Below the pieces are notes generated by a model, which made no database searches, had not been told where the DNA came from, and was given only the letters and a program-made list of their open reading frames with translations. Below are positions 47,516 through 61,172 of a stretch of DNA of 64,000 nt, in pieces. The first letter of the stretch is position 1, and every line of letters begins with the position of its first letter. The DNA is from Phoronis australis (taxonomy: Eukaryota > Animalia > Phoronida). Made by a program: the position numbers and the translations under genes. The DNA lies in contig NMRA01000485.1 in NCBI GenBank assembly GCA_002633005.1, positions 124,442 to 188,441 of the forward strand. Reading direction: 5' to 3'.

Positions 47516-50500
47516 ATTCTCCAGCCTCGTCCCCAAGCCTCAAGATGGCGCTGAGTAGTTTAGCCATTTGAGGCTTGGTCATGGGAAATACATTCTGCGC
47601 AATGATTGGCTTGACGTCATCAATGTACCCTTGTTAATTTCACTTAAAACTTTGACACGTGATTCAATTGATGATAAAAAGTCAAAAATCAACTTCTACA
47701 GACTTTTTACTTTCAGAAAATATATACTAAGTTAAATATACAGTTTTGTAGAAATTTGGCTAAATACGCATACTTGCCAATAGGGTCAGTTCGGATTTGC
47801 AAAAAACGATCTGCCTGGTGAGCACCCACTTTCCACCTGATATCCTTAATCTGGAGAGTGTTGATAGCCTGAATGCACCGTCTCTCAGGTCGTAGTAATG
47901 GCACTGTGTGAAAATAGATGATTTGTTTGTTTTTAACATCCGGTTCCATTTGAAGTATTCGTAAAGGATGAAGAATCATTTATTTTGGAACCACTTTAAC
48001 GAGATCTTCAAGTCTTTAGCCTAGTATACTCTCAGTAGTTCCAGATTTTGGACACTCAGTGAAACACAGAATAGAGTTACGTTGACCTGGTTTTACAAAC
48101 TAAACACCGTTGAGTGCCACCTTAGCGCCCCATGATGGAGTTGACTACTTCTGGCTGATTTAGACAGCGAGAAACGTCTTATCCACCTGTTCCAACTTCG
48201 GCACATTTTCATTCACTATTTCCGCAAGTGAACACTATATACACGAGAACAGGTTCCTAGATCACCTCAGTTACAAAACGTTCATTCCGTTAATTCTCTT
48301 GAACTAATCGTTGTTCTGACGGACTGTCAGGAGTCATTATGAGGATATTATCGGCCTGAAAAGTAATTTTACAAAAATTATCAGTAACGCGCAATTGAAC
48401 CCACTAAATTCGCAATAGCAACCGAACGCTCTACCGCTGAGCCAATGAAATTCGTCGTGTTCAATTTCAAATGCTCTAAACGTATTTCAACAAATGTCTG
48501 GCAGACAACGGTAAGAATTGTCGATTTGAAATATAAACACAAAAAGACAACGGCTTTTGTTGTTTCGTTGCTCCGCTAACAACTTCAAGAAGATCATCTC
48601 ATCTAACAACAATCCCAAAAATGCGTTTTTCGACCGTAAAACCGACAATGTCCCTTTACGTAACATGACGCTGCAGTGTATGTCAATAGAGCCTTCGTTT
48701 GAATTTTTTTTGCGGTGAAGCGGAAACGACCAAATTTTTGACAAGGACATGAGGTTGAAGACGTGAGATACTTACCCATCACGGGATTTTCTCGATTCTT
48801 TTGTTAATGCGTGTTCACCCGTTCTATCCGGGGTGAATTTTCTCCTTAATAGAAAAAATCCCACCCCAGAAGGTTCAGACACATTTCTCCTCGGATAACC
48901 GAGTAGAGGGCCCTACTAGTCGTCCTTACTACTGCTACTAAGTGATGTTGCTGTTGCAACTAGCTACTACTACTGCTAAGCCTGCTAATGTTTACAATAT
49001 GAAATGTACGAAGAAAATTCCCTAGTTAAACGTAAACGTATAGCATGTCGGTGAACAATTTTTACAGACATGGGGTTATAGGAAGAAATCCCGAGTAACA
49101 CAAATTGGTATGAATTTTGTACAACACGACACCTGAGGCAGTTTCAATGCCCAATGCAGCAAAAGATGATGTGCTTGTTTCTCACCAATAAAAACAAATC
49201 GATTCGCGTTTTCCGTTGGCAATAACAAAAGTCAATTCTGTATTCTTGACAATTACTCCAGCTCACTAGATGGCACCGCTTGTAATTGATGAGCTCACAG
49301 CAAATTACGCCAGCATGCACAACACGACCTTTGGCCACGCCAGTGTTTAATTAACTGGGACAGTTGAATGGAACTACTTTGCATATGACATGAGGTCAAG
49401 GGGCATGCACGTGCGACTTACCGAGAGGGAATTGTCGGTTGTTTAAAGCCTATCTTGAACGGTAATACTTGCAAATTTGGATCCTAAAACATATTAAGAG
49501 CATCAATCTAAGCCCACTAGTTTTATAAATTGTCAACTGTAACGAACTGTTAGGCATATTGGTTTGCTTTTGTCTACGTCACCACGAGAATCACCTTTTT
49601 AATCCAAACAGCTGCGAATAACACCTGCACACGATGGTGTTCTATTCAGACCTCTCTTCAACACAACTGCTATCGACCTTTTGTTGTTTGTGCAGGGATC
49701 TCGCAGTGACGCAATATGGAGCGAAAAGGCAGCTTCAATCATCATTTGACGGGCCTACATTTGCGTGATTAAACTCGCGTTTTCTTATTTTGATAAGGCG
49801 TTGCTGGGAGTACGTGGTTAAGTGCCGAAACTCACCCAATGGTCTCACTTTCACATAAGAACAAAACACCATATCATTAACAGCAAGACGTTGCCACTTT
49901 CGAAAAATGCATCGCAAAGTTAATTCTTTCCTTGTGTTCTGTTTCAAGAAAAGTGATTTTAAGGACTATGCTCCACATGGTTATTTCTGAAAAATAATTT
50001 AAACTCACTTTTGCTGAAGACTTACTTGCAGTATAAGAGAATATGAATTTATGAGAATACAAAATATTTCCAGGCAGTGTTGTGCTAATAATTTCATGGC
50101 TATACCTTTATTTGGAATATGTGAATTAGGAGACCAAATTGCTAAACTTACTCCCGTTTTCTTATGTTAAGAGCCAGGCTCGTTCTTTTGTCCTATGGTC
50201 ATGAGGCAAAGGCCAATTATCTACCTCGCTGAAGGAATAAGCATCGACTGAAAACTGTTGTCACAGAAATGAACATCCATCGCAGCGTCCGTGTCATTAT
50301 GACAAATGCAATATTGGGTTCTCTATGATTGCTTACCAAATAACTACTCTATCTGCAGTTGATGTCCAACAATGAAGTGATTCGCTAACGAAACCCACGT
50401 TTCACAATCAAACGGCTAATTGTTGTATACCTCTTTAACTTCTCGTTAGTCGCACTGACAACTGATTGAGATTGTTGATGTTTACAGGTCGCTGCTCAGC

Positions 50501-50842
50501 TCAGCTCTACATAATAGATGGCATTTAGGGCTCACACATGTTAAGTTATCGATTGCACGATTCACGACGGCATTTTTAAAGGGGCATTTCGCTGCTGTTT
50601 AGCTGTTGAAATTGTAAAATTTTGGGGTTTTAAACATTTCCGCGCTTACCAGATCTTGCATTGTTGCCGCGGAGCAGGCAATCCAAGTCATAGGCAATGC
50701 GTACAATCATGTGCCTGTTTCAATTTCCCAGTTTTATGGATGGCCAACCCCAATAACGGAAATAGAATTCTACCAAGATATGGATAATCATTATACCCAT
50801 GTTGTATGTGAAAAGGGGCTAATTCGATTTTCGTTTTTTTAC

Positions 50843-51103
50843 CAGGGGCGGATCCAGAATTTTGAGTTAGGGGGGCCAGGGCCCAGCCTAAAATGTAAGG
50901 ATGTAGGGAGTCTTGAATTTTTGGGTTTGCGGACCTTATTACTAAAAAATGGGGTTGTTCAACGCCTATGTGCATTCGTCCCCCAAGCCCCCCTGAGTGC
51001 GCGCATATGTTAGTCAGCAATTCGCTCCCCGAACTGCCAAATGGAATCTTGGAGAATTTTAAGGGGGTCATGGCCTCCTTGGCCCCCCCTAAATCCGCCA
51101 CTG
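50843..51103 (+). mobile_element. MITE family A, longer variant
   Basis: CAGGGGCGGATCC...AATCCGCCACTG with a perfect 5-bp TSD TTTAC/TTTAC and about 100 bp extra internal sequence. Confidence 0.88.
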
Positions 51104-53501
51104 TTTACCATCCAAGTTTCACGGATCACGACGCATTTTTGCTGTTCTCGAGCTCCGGCAATTTTCCACGTGGTGCTCCACCAATTCTCCATCGCCGCCA
51201 TGAACCACCTGGTCGCTCAGGGTTTCCGTTCACGTTTTTCAGGGCAGACAAAAGCTTGAAAATACACGCTCACGATCACGACGTTCATTAAATCACTGTT
51301 CATTGATATGAAAAGAGCCATTTTCATTTTCGCGAACTGCAAAAGTGCAGTACCACGCGCACGGAAAATCTCTTCACCCGGTAATAAAGTTAATGTTCCA
51401 TTGGCGGCGAAGGCCTGGGGGGGGGGGGGGGGNCTAGAACCCTCCACTTTTTCAGAGTGGTCATAATTACGTGTACCAGCTGCTCTGTATGTTCCTCATG
51501 TGTGATTTAACGTCATAGCTGGTTTATTTTTGGTTGTCAAGATTACATCTTACCAAATCTTAGGACTTTGAAATGTCACCCGCCCACTTGAAAAACTTTA
51601 CATGCACACATTCGATGTATTCTACAGCGTGTGTTGTTAAATTCTGATCGGAACCGTTGACCGGCGCCAAGTCACAAAACTATGTCACGAACTTCACCGT
51701 AGTTTTGACATTTCTCCTCATATAGATGAGAGACTTTGTTTGTTTTTTAATTTATATTCGAGTGCAGTAAGATTTGAATAAATGCGTGCATAGTTAAAAT
51801 TGGTACTTCGAGACATCTACAGTTACAAATCCCAGTCTTCATCTACGAATTCGTGATTCAAATGTGACTTGAATCCAAGAGTCACCGAGTTAAAAGTCGA
51901 AACAGGATTGCATGCTGATCGGCGGGAATATGACTGTCCCGGATTACACCGCGACACTCGAATCTTGCTGCAGTTACCCACAATGCCGCAATATCCGCCA
52001 AGTACTTTGGTATTTCTTACCATTAAATCTCCACATGTACTTTATTGTTGTAGTATTCTTCACAAAATTCTGTCCGCTGCATTGATCTATTCGTCCTTTC
52101 AATACCAACGACCTACATGTATTACTGCTGTGCTGTGGACTGCAACTCCTAAGGGAGAAAGCTAGATAAACTTCACAAATATTCGTTAATGCATGGTGTT
52201 ATATATGTAAGTTCTTCGCCTTCCCGACATCAATTAAAGACAAGAATGTGCGCAGTAAGTGGATAACGCGCTTTCTTACTTTGAGGCAAAGGAGACTTTC
52301 GTCACTGTAATCTAGGTCGGCCCCATTACAACTTACTCTTGCCCAAAAATAAACATAATTTTTCTCCCGCTCAGTCGAAAGTACTCTAGAAGAATAAAAG
52401 TGGTTTTGAGTTCACAAATTAGATTTCAGGGTTTGGAATGCGGATAAATGGCAGTTAGAGATGCATTTTTTGTTTCTGATTCCAATTTGTGCTCAAGAAA
52501 ACGGTTTACTCCGTATTTATAATTAAACGTGGTTATGGTCTAGCAAAACACTCACCGAAGGCATATTTGCGTTTTGCTAGTTTTCACAGGTTACGGTATC
52601 ATTCATTGCATTCAACAAAACACACAAATGTAGCTGCTGGAATTACCTTTATAGTGATAAATGACATTTTAGTTAATTGGAGATGGCAGTAATTAAACTA
52701 TTGTTTCACGACATGGAGTGTATAAGTAGCGCTATATATAACAATATTAGGAATGTTGGATTTAAAGAGATACTGCCGACTTTACGGCCGAAAATTTTTT
52801 AGGATCATTGTTGGATAACATAGCCGTTCTGCAGTTATTAGCGTTCACCAGAGCTATAATACAACGAAACTCGGTTTGTTACAAATCGCCAGTGCTCACC
52901 GTTGTCAGCCAGACAATCACTGAAACCCAGCCCGGTAAGTTTAACAGTAAAATAGGCTTACAATATTCCGTCATTTATCGAGTGGGTTTCCCTCCGCCAG
53001 CAGAGCGTTTGACTTCTAACGCCAGGGTTTGCAGGTTCGAATGTGTTCTGAGGCTGAACTCAGAAAATCACTTTTCTTTCAGAGGTTACTTCAAAGAAAT
53101 CGAATGTGTCTTTTCATCACACCAAATTACTGTTCACCCGTGTTACTCTTTTTTATTTTATTTTGATTTAAATAACCCAAAATGTGTTCTCATTTTGTAC
53201 AAACAATTGATACACGGTCAATAACGTGTATTCAGGAGTAAAGAACTACACGTGTGTACACGTTTGTGGAATGGTGATGAAAGTGACAAAAGTGTTTTGG
53301 TCGCCACTCCGTTTGATTGCTTTAAGCACGCGACATTGAAATCTCAAACAAGCTTTCTAAATGTGTAATCTAGTTTGCATTGTGTCGCAGTCATGCCATT
53401 TGTATTTGCTGAAGGTGAGGATGATCACCCCTCACTTGCACGAATATTAAATGATATTATAGCTATAGCAATCGTCATCATCCAATCGCTTTCACATTTA
53501 C

Positions 53502-53652
53502 CATGGGCGGCGCAGCACTGAAAAAAGTGGGGGGGGGGGGCTAAATCCCCCTCAGCCCCCCCGTGGGCAACCGCCTATAGAGCATGTGCGGCGTAGCACT
53601 GAAAAAACGTGGGGGCTATAGCCCCCCAGCCCCCTATGGTGCGCCGCCCATG
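53502..53652. mobile_element. Micro-MITE family B, head-to-tail dimer
   Basis: Two ~70 bp units. Outer TIR CATGGGCGGCGCA / TGCGCCGCCCATG; flanks TTTAC/TTTGC. Confidence 0.8.
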
Positions 53653-54195
53653 TTTGCTAATTGTCCGTGACAGATCTGGGTGCAAATGGCATAGTGTGCA
53701 CATGCGAGTACTAGCACTAGTGTTTGGGTCGTCATGTGAGGCACTGTTATATTTACGAAGTGCGTTTGCAGCGATCTCGTAAAGTTCTTCAGATCGCCAT
53801 CTTTTCCATGAGGGCAGAAAGCGAAATGAAAAGGACCCTCCAGAATGCATAGTGTGTTTTAGCAATCTCTCCCGTCCATACCATCCTATTGTATAAGACT
53901 GCCTAGCCTTAGTGCAAATCTCTTCAGTCATGCACAGATAGCTAGCTCGCTACTTAAGACCGTAAAGGAGAAGGAAAGTTCCGTACTATAAGGGGATCTT
54001 TATATTTTGCACCACGTGACCCTGATGGGACGAAGCTCCGACCTGCCGTTCCAATCCATTTCCATTTTGAACGTTTTTTATGAACGAGAAACGTCTTGCA
54101 CAGTTGAGCAGTACGAGCCTTTAGGTGACGTCATATGAAACCTTAACCAGGAATCGAACCTGAAACAGAATCAGCAACATTTTTCTAAAAAGTTG

Positions 54196-54351
54196 CAGGA
54201 GCGGATCCAGGATTTTGAGTTGGGGGGCAGGCCAGAGTATTAGTCAGTATTTTGCCAGTCAGACATTCTCACCCCCGAACTGCCAAATGTAATCTTGGAG
54301 AATTTTAGGTGGGGTCATGGTCCCCTTGGCCCCCCTCTAAGTCTTCCACTG
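54196..54351 (+). mobile_element. MITE family A copy
   Basis: CAGGAGCGGATCC...TCTTCCACTG; flanks AGTTG/AGTCG. Confidence 0.85.
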
Positions 54352-54968
54352 AGTCGTGCTCTGATCTTGTTCATGTGACAACAGCTGTTACACCTGAACA
54401 TTCACCTGTACTCAATCAGAACAAGTGCTTTTTCCTTCTGGTGTTGACAGTCAGTACTTATGTACGATAAAACTCCTCAAAACGATAACAATTTGATAGT
54501 AAGATCTTCCATTCCTGGCCATTGTCGTCTATAGAAACTGAATAATAACTGATGGCTTTTCGATTAACAGCAAGAAGTATTTTTGATATTTCAAATTGTT
54601 ACATAACAGCAGCTGTCTCTTTCTGACAATAGGAAATGAATTATTTTTATGCACTAAAATGAGCTACACCAGTGTCAATGAGCAATCAATGAATTTTAAT
54701 TAGTAATTCAATACAACCATACAGTTACATGATAATTATTTCTAATTAGTTTAGTTCTCTACGGCATGTCCATGTCGCCAAAGTCGCCCTTACGTACAGT
54801 GTTCAGCCAAACGCAAGTCAGAGCTTTTCTAAAATTCAATGTGAACGCAAATCTAAACCTGTCGTAGGGATTCTTCCGCTGTTGTCTTTTTCACCCATTA
54901 AGCTCGGAAAGGTATCAGGAAAGGTCACATCTTATCAAGACAGAGTATGACTAGTTACTCATGTTTTA

Positions 54969-55201
54969 GAGGAGGCAGTTTGGCCTAGTGGGACAATTGT
55001 CGCTTCCTTTGCTCATAGTCGATGGTTCGAGTCCTACTGGGGCATACTCATTAGGCTGCTTAACCTTTGGGTAAGGTCTCTAGCTTCTCAGCTCGGTTTT
55101 AACTATATATTGACAAAGCCTTAAAATGGTTCCAGGCGGTTAGTGCAATGGGCCCATCTAAGCGGCCTGCGCACGTCTGGTACAACGTGTACCAGACCGC
55201 C
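54969..55201 (+). mobile_element. tRNA-derived SINE family 2 copy
   Basis: A box TGGCCTAGTGG and B box GGTTCGAGTCC. The 3' body GCGCACGTCTGGTACAACGTG is shared with 58164-58363. Confidence 0.8.
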
Positions 55202-55582
55202 TACAGTTACATGTATTGTTTTCAGAACAGGCAGTTGTTAAAAACCCTTCTCTAGATGATTTCAGGAAGAAAAAGGCGCACTTTGCTGAGTTTTTAACTC
55301 CCATGTTGCAACCAGTTGTATATATGGGACCAGCCAAAGTCAGTCAGACTGAAAATGCATTCCTTTGTAAAGAAAAGGGCGTTGAAAATTTTCCCATTTA
55401 AGCCTCATGTTCCGTATACGCATTCTGTGGGAGTACCCCAATGGAAAAGGTTTAGGAGGGAGCATTGAAACCCCAAGGATGGTGAAGTGACTGAGAGGGC
55501 TCAGTACATGTTATACTAATCCTAGCTCTTGTTCCAAACAATGTGGGTGGAATATCCCATAATGTAAACACACGTGAAGATA

Positions 55583-55703
55583 ACCGTGCAGGAGGGGTCT
55601 CGGGATCGAATCCCGATTGGGGTAGAAATCTTTTCAGACTGATATTTTTAGGTCACGGAATGTGGCCACAGGTGGCGTGCTGACCAGGCTTAGAAATGTT
55701 TGA
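55583..55703 (+). mobile_element. tRNA-derived SINE family 1 copy
   Basis: B-box-like GGATCGAATCCC, then the same body as the 1590-2025 copies. Confidence 0.72.
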
Positions 55704-56532
55704 GACACACATTTCTACGCTCAGTTTAATTTGCTGTTTTGAAAAAAAAAACTGTTGGAAAAATACAAAATGTTGACCAAATCCAATGGTGTATTTCAAA
55801 ATTACCACAGCAATGAAACACGGTAACATTGCTCAAGACACTGGGAAAATGCCTGTATGAACTATCCAGTCCTTCACGGGACACTGTCTTTGTAAAACGG
55901 TGGACCATGAATTTTGACAACTAGCGATGGTTTTGCAACTATAATCGTTTTATCGAAGTAGGTGTTCGCTCGCTTACAATGTCCCACTTTACAGGTCCCA
56001 GGCTAACTGCACAGCAAATGAATACATTTAGCTTTGAGTACAACGAGCCTCAGTATAGTTACAAACACAATTTTAGCGTTTGTTGTAACGTTGTTCGACT
56101 GAAAATAACAGAAATCGTTGCAAACTGCAGCACTTGACATCAAGTGACAGTGGAAAGCAAAAAACATGAGATAACCAACAAGTGAACACCGGGATAAAAA
56201 CTCTCATAGGTGGCATTAGCGGAGCCTGTAGCTCTGACAAACTGGTGTCTCGGGCATGGCCAAATTTTCTATGAAAGGGTGCATTTTAAATTAAATCCCG
56301 TACATTTTTTGGTTGGAAATATAGAAAATGGTTATTTATGTAACATAATTACAGAAGGGTTTTATATTTTTTATCTTTGTTGTGTTAAAAAGGAATACAG
56401 TCTAGAGTGTTTTTTATTGAAGGACTTTGCAAAATTATGTCATGAATAAGGATTCTGTAGGTCCCTTTTAATATTTGTGCTTATCACAAAGGCGGGGTTA
56501 CATCTTGCGGAAGAAAGAGTGGATGATTATGA

Positions 56533-56645
56533 TGTATGTATGTATGTATGTATGTATGTTTGTATGTATGTATGTATGTATGTTTGCATGCATGTATATA
56601 CTGTATGTATATATGTATGCATACGTATGTGTATATGTATGTGTA
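56533..56645. repeat. Imperfect (TGTA)n microsatellite
   Basis: Direct reading. Confidence 0.92.
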
Positions 56646-58163
56646 GTGTATGAGAAGATATGTTCTAAATAGATCGAGGTAAGGTGCCATGCTGGGCCGT
56701 GCCTCACGTCTGTCCTGTTTTAATTTCTAAAATGTCGGCAAAATCGATACCACGTCCGAATACGCCACAATATTCAAACTGTCTGAAGTGTGTCATATAC
56801 GTGACTGGTGTTCTATTCCTTGTCTCGTTTGCTTTGAAGAGGATGAGAGCTTGGTGAAAACTCACCGATTTAAACAACTAGTGTAAAGCCGAAAACATTC
56901 TGTCACTGTCAGTCGTCATGTTTATGAACTAGTTTGACCTACAATAGAATGCTATCTTTCGTGAAATCAGAACGGCCAATGAAATTCTATAAAGGCAGGA
57001 GGGAAAATCCGCTGTAGCAGACCCCAACCAATCTAGTGGGCCTACAAAAGATATAGTCATTATTGCAATACAAGTGCAACGCATTTCAGCTCTGCTCGTT
57101 CCTTTCATGTAGATGTCACCCGACCAATGCAACTAGTCGATGCTGCGTATTTTCTCCTTACTAACATCCGGTCACATTATCTCCACATACAACCACATGC
57201 GGTATTTTCAGACGAAAAAAAGGGTGATATCATCTCATCTTGTAATATCGGGCCTCAAAAGCAATGCCAACTGGCCATTTCTCACTTTTGGTGACTGAAC
57301 TTAATTTCTTATGCTTGCATAACTCGTGAATTGCTTTTTGTGCTATTTGTGAGCGAGCTTCCGAAATGTCGTCGATTTCCGGAACACGTTGTTTGGCAGT
57401 TCTTGGTAAGTCAACTCGTGGACGAGACAGCCTCGCCACCTGGCGACTCGGGTGCTGTGTTCATGGAAAAGTGTTATTGAAAGTTGACATTTCTGTGCAA
57501 TCTGAAGTGGACATCCATGTATAAAAGATAATTAGTACGTCTACTACTAATCACGGAACATCACCAAATAGGAAACGTATTGATTAATGAAACGGTTAAT
57601 GCGACACTGCTGACTTATGATGCAAATCATGTGTACGTGCAAACAAACTTTGTTTTCAAGATAGTCTTGGGGAACATTTATTTCAATTATTGACAGTTAT
57701 TGTGTTCACACGCTTCCTGCTTTCAGTTAGCGTGAAACCATTGTCGAAGTAAAGCTGTATGCATAGTCAAGATCTTGTGTTTACCTGTGGCGTTGTTTAT
57801 TACAATCGGATACATGTAGTAATAGGAAGTGTAACTTGATCAAATTGAAAAACATGCTTTTAATTGAGCTGACATTAACCACGATGGGCTAGCATTGGTG
57901 ATGAAGTTTGTGTTTACTACTATATGCGCACCCAGGATCAGTCAGTTTTCACCGTCCGACACAGCCCTAACTAGACCTACTTGAAATAAAAAAATCCTAA
58001 TGGAATACAAGTACATCGAGTTTCCTGTTGTAGATTTAGCCACTGAATTAGCCCATGGACTTCAGTTTGTCCATGGTTCTATTGCGTGTTGTTAGGAACG
58101 CTGACCCGCCGTATTGTCGAACCAAAACAAACAGATTTACCCGAAAAACATAATAAATAAAAA

Positions 58164-58363
58164 AGACGGTCTGGTGCACGTTGTACCAGACGTGCGCAAG
58201 CGGCTCATGTGGGTCAACTGCATTGGTCACCTGGAGCCATTTTACGTTTTATTGATATATATTTAAAATCGAGAGGAAGAGACAGAGCTTAATTCACGTG
58301 CGCACGGTCAGTGGGACTCGAACCCACGCGGACACTCATCCAACTGGGCCGCGCTGCCTCCTC
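58164..58363 (-). mobile_element. tRNA-derived SINE family 2 copy (inverted relative to the 54969 copy)
   Basis: Minus strand GAGGAGGCAGCGCGGCCCAGTTGG...GGTTCGAGTCCC...GCGCACGTCTGGTACAACGTGCACCAGACCG. Confidence 0.8.
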
Positions 58364-58980
58364 TCCCCTAAAAGGACACCAAAACAATGTTTTTCCGCTG
58401 AACGAGGAGTTTAAACTTAGTATAAAATAAAAATAAGGTAACACTTTGTTAACAGGAACAAATGGTTTTACATGTTCCCACCATTTTATTTACTATTTTC
58501 CTCTAAGGATATAAGTTATAATAATGATGATAACGATAATCAACTTGCAATGTAAACCTCAGGACGTCGATGATACAAGGATCTCAAAATGTGCACACAT
58601 TATGTGATAAAAGTACATATATTCATCGAAGCTGCTGCGGTTACTTTTATGTAAATGTTTGTGTCTTACAACCGATAATCTACTAGTAATAGCGATTTAG
58701 TAGTCAGATGTAGTTGTTAGACTGTGACATGATTGCCATTCTGAAGTGGTGCTTTTTTCTACAATAGATATATATATATGGTGCACACAAGGCAAATTTA
58801 TCACATGAACTTTTAAAAAAGTCATGACGTTTGAATAACGCTTAATACATGAGATAATCGTCTTAACGAAAACGGGTTTGAGGATGTCTTCCACGAGCAA
58901 ACACGTGTTTTGAAACAAAGTGTCTGACAAAATTTTTGAACTGTAATACACGTTATTTCTGTGTGCGTGCGCATCTCAGG

Positions 58981-59053
58981 CATGGGCGGCGCACCATAGA
59001 GGGCTCGGGGGGGAGGGGGGTTTCGCACTTGTTTCAGAGCTGAGCCGCCCATG
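58981..59053. mobile_element. Micro-MITE family B copy
   Basis: CATGGGCGGC...GCCGCCCATG with a perfect TCAGG/TCAGG TSD. Confidence 0.85.
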
Positions 59054-59272
59054 TCAGGGCTAGGTGTTTTGGGAATGAAAATTCAGGAAATCATTATTTT
59101 CTTTCATATTTGGTTTGGTTTCCTAATAACTAAATCTTGTCCACTTTTACCTCGACCGGGGTTGCATTTTGTAGAGCAATTATTGCACGAACAAACACGT
59201 GTTTCAGAACAAAGTGTCGGACAAAATTTTCGAACTTTGATACGTTATTTCCGTGTGCGTGCGCATCTCAGG

Positions 59273-59341
59273 CATGGGTGGCGCACCATAGGGGGTTCGG
59301 AAGCTATAGCCCCTACTTATTTCAGTTAGGCGCCACCCATG
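59273..59341. mobile_element. Micro-MITE family B copy
   Basis: CATGGGTGGCGC...GCGCCACCCATG with TCAGG/TCAGG TSD. Confidence 0.85.
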
Positions 59342-60594
59342 TCAGGGCATAGGTTTTTTGTGAATGAAAATTCAGGAAGGCATTATTTTCTTTCATCTTT
59401 GGTTTGGTTTCCTAATTACTAAATCTTCTCCACTTTACCCTCAACCGGGCTTGCATTTTGTAGAGCAATTTTCTTGCGAGAAAATCGAAGTCAAATTGGT
59501 CGTCACGAGATCTCGCATTGCAATTCAAGCGAAGCACGGGATCACACTATGTTTACTCGCAAGTGTCTTGCTTCTACCTGCCGCGACCCAGTTGCATAAT
59601 CAACTATCAGCTGCACCCCTCCAGAGCTTCAACCCACAACTGATTTCCCAGAAAACTTCATGCTCTCCGCAAAATGTCACGTTATGTTCAAGATGATTTA
59701 TTTCAATTCAAATTACTTTATTAATCATCAAAGTGGCTACAACTCCGTAATGCAGTCGCATTTCGCATGGTTCATGAGACAGCGGAACATTTTGTCTAGG
59801 GTTTACATGATAACCAACATTGTCGACATTACCGAAATAATTTCCTATTGAAATTGCCGTCAAATTGATTACTGAAATGACGACGGCCAGAATGAGATGA
59901 GAGAGATTATAATAACTCGGACTCGTTTGACAATGTCATCGTCCTCATCGTCGTTGTTGTCTAGTACATCGCCATCACCCGGCACTTACATCATTATCCT
60001 TGCCGTCGTCACTAAAGTCATTGTTGCTGTCGACGTTAACACCTTCATCAGTGTCATCGCAAACAACATCGTCGATGTCGTCGTCGCCATTGTCAGTCTT
60101 GCCGCTTTGAAGATCATTGTTGCCGTCAACGTCATCACCATTATCGTAATCTTCACCATCTATGTCAACTCTCTCATCTGTTCGTCAAATGACCATAACG
60201 GCAAACTACTTAGCGAATAGTAAATGAATGATGTCTAAAATTTCAAATTCATTAACTCAGTTGATTATTTTTGCTCGTGTAAGATGAGATGAGACTACCA
60301 TCAAGCGAAACGTCAAATTTCGAAAGCATCAAAAGTTGTACAAATAATTCATTAGGTGATTGTACGATATGTGTTGTTATCGGCCGCAGCTGTATTCACA
60401 AAGCCAAAACGTTTATCTGGAATGTATTTTTACTGTTGAAACGTCTTAATGCGTCTTGTGAAAGTAAGCTTAAACTGTTTTAAATTAAAAACGCATTGAA
60501 TAGTACATTTGGTTAGACCGTTTCATGTGAAAACGTTCTAAAGTCGTCACCTGAAAGCAGTGTTTGAACTGGAAAGTTTTAACTCGTCACACAC

Positions 60595-60759
60595 CAGTGG
60601 CGGATTTTCCAGTGGAGGGGGGGGGCAAAAGGGGCATGGTCCCCATAAAATTCTCCCAGATTCTATTTGGCAGTTCAAGGGTGCGAATGTTTGACGGACA
60701 AAATCTTGGCTAATACTCTGTCTTGGCCCCCCTAACTCAAAATCCTGGATACGCCCCTG
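60595..60759 (-). mobile_element. MITE family A copy (opposite orientation)
   Basis: CAGTGGCGGATT...GGATACGCCCCTG; flanks CACAC/CTCAC. Confidence 0.85.
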
Positions 60760-61172
60760 CTCACAAGCACGATCATCCTCTTTTCTACTGAACTATAAAG
60801 AGCGCTCAAGTACACTTGCCGGCTGAAGTCGCACGCCTTTGGTAACATTTCGTTTGACAATGCGATCGACACCTATCGCTCATCTCCGTTAAAACGTTTT
60901 AGCGGTAACAACCTTGTCGTCTTCCAGAACACCTCTGGTATTTTAGTAGCCAAAAATAATCCCTCGTGTGTGCTTCAGAACGGCGCATGTGCAAATTTCA
61001 ATTTCAACAACAATGGAATTTTAGTCAGGAGACGGTTAAACCGTTGCTTCCTCTCAGCAGGTCACAAAAACCAATGGTTGTTCTCAAGCCTTGCTCTGCC
61101 ACCTGATGTACTGCAACTACATTTCATTAATGGCGCATGTTCGACGGCATTCCCCAATGAAGTTCACCCATG

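Larger units (their letters stand above)
58892..59470 (+). repeat. Tandem duplication of about 290 bp, each unit containing a family B MITE
   Basis: Units start CACGA(G/A)CAAACACGTGTTT and end TTGCATTTTGTAGAGCAATT. The units are moderately diverged and there is no N. Confidence 0.9.

Noticed and set aside
53575-57439. Protein-looking short ORFs (53575-53931, 57230-57439; also 2505-2726 and 10965-11189)
   Set aside because: No recognisable domain or consistent splice structure, and one runs into a MITE. They cannot be supported without a homology search.
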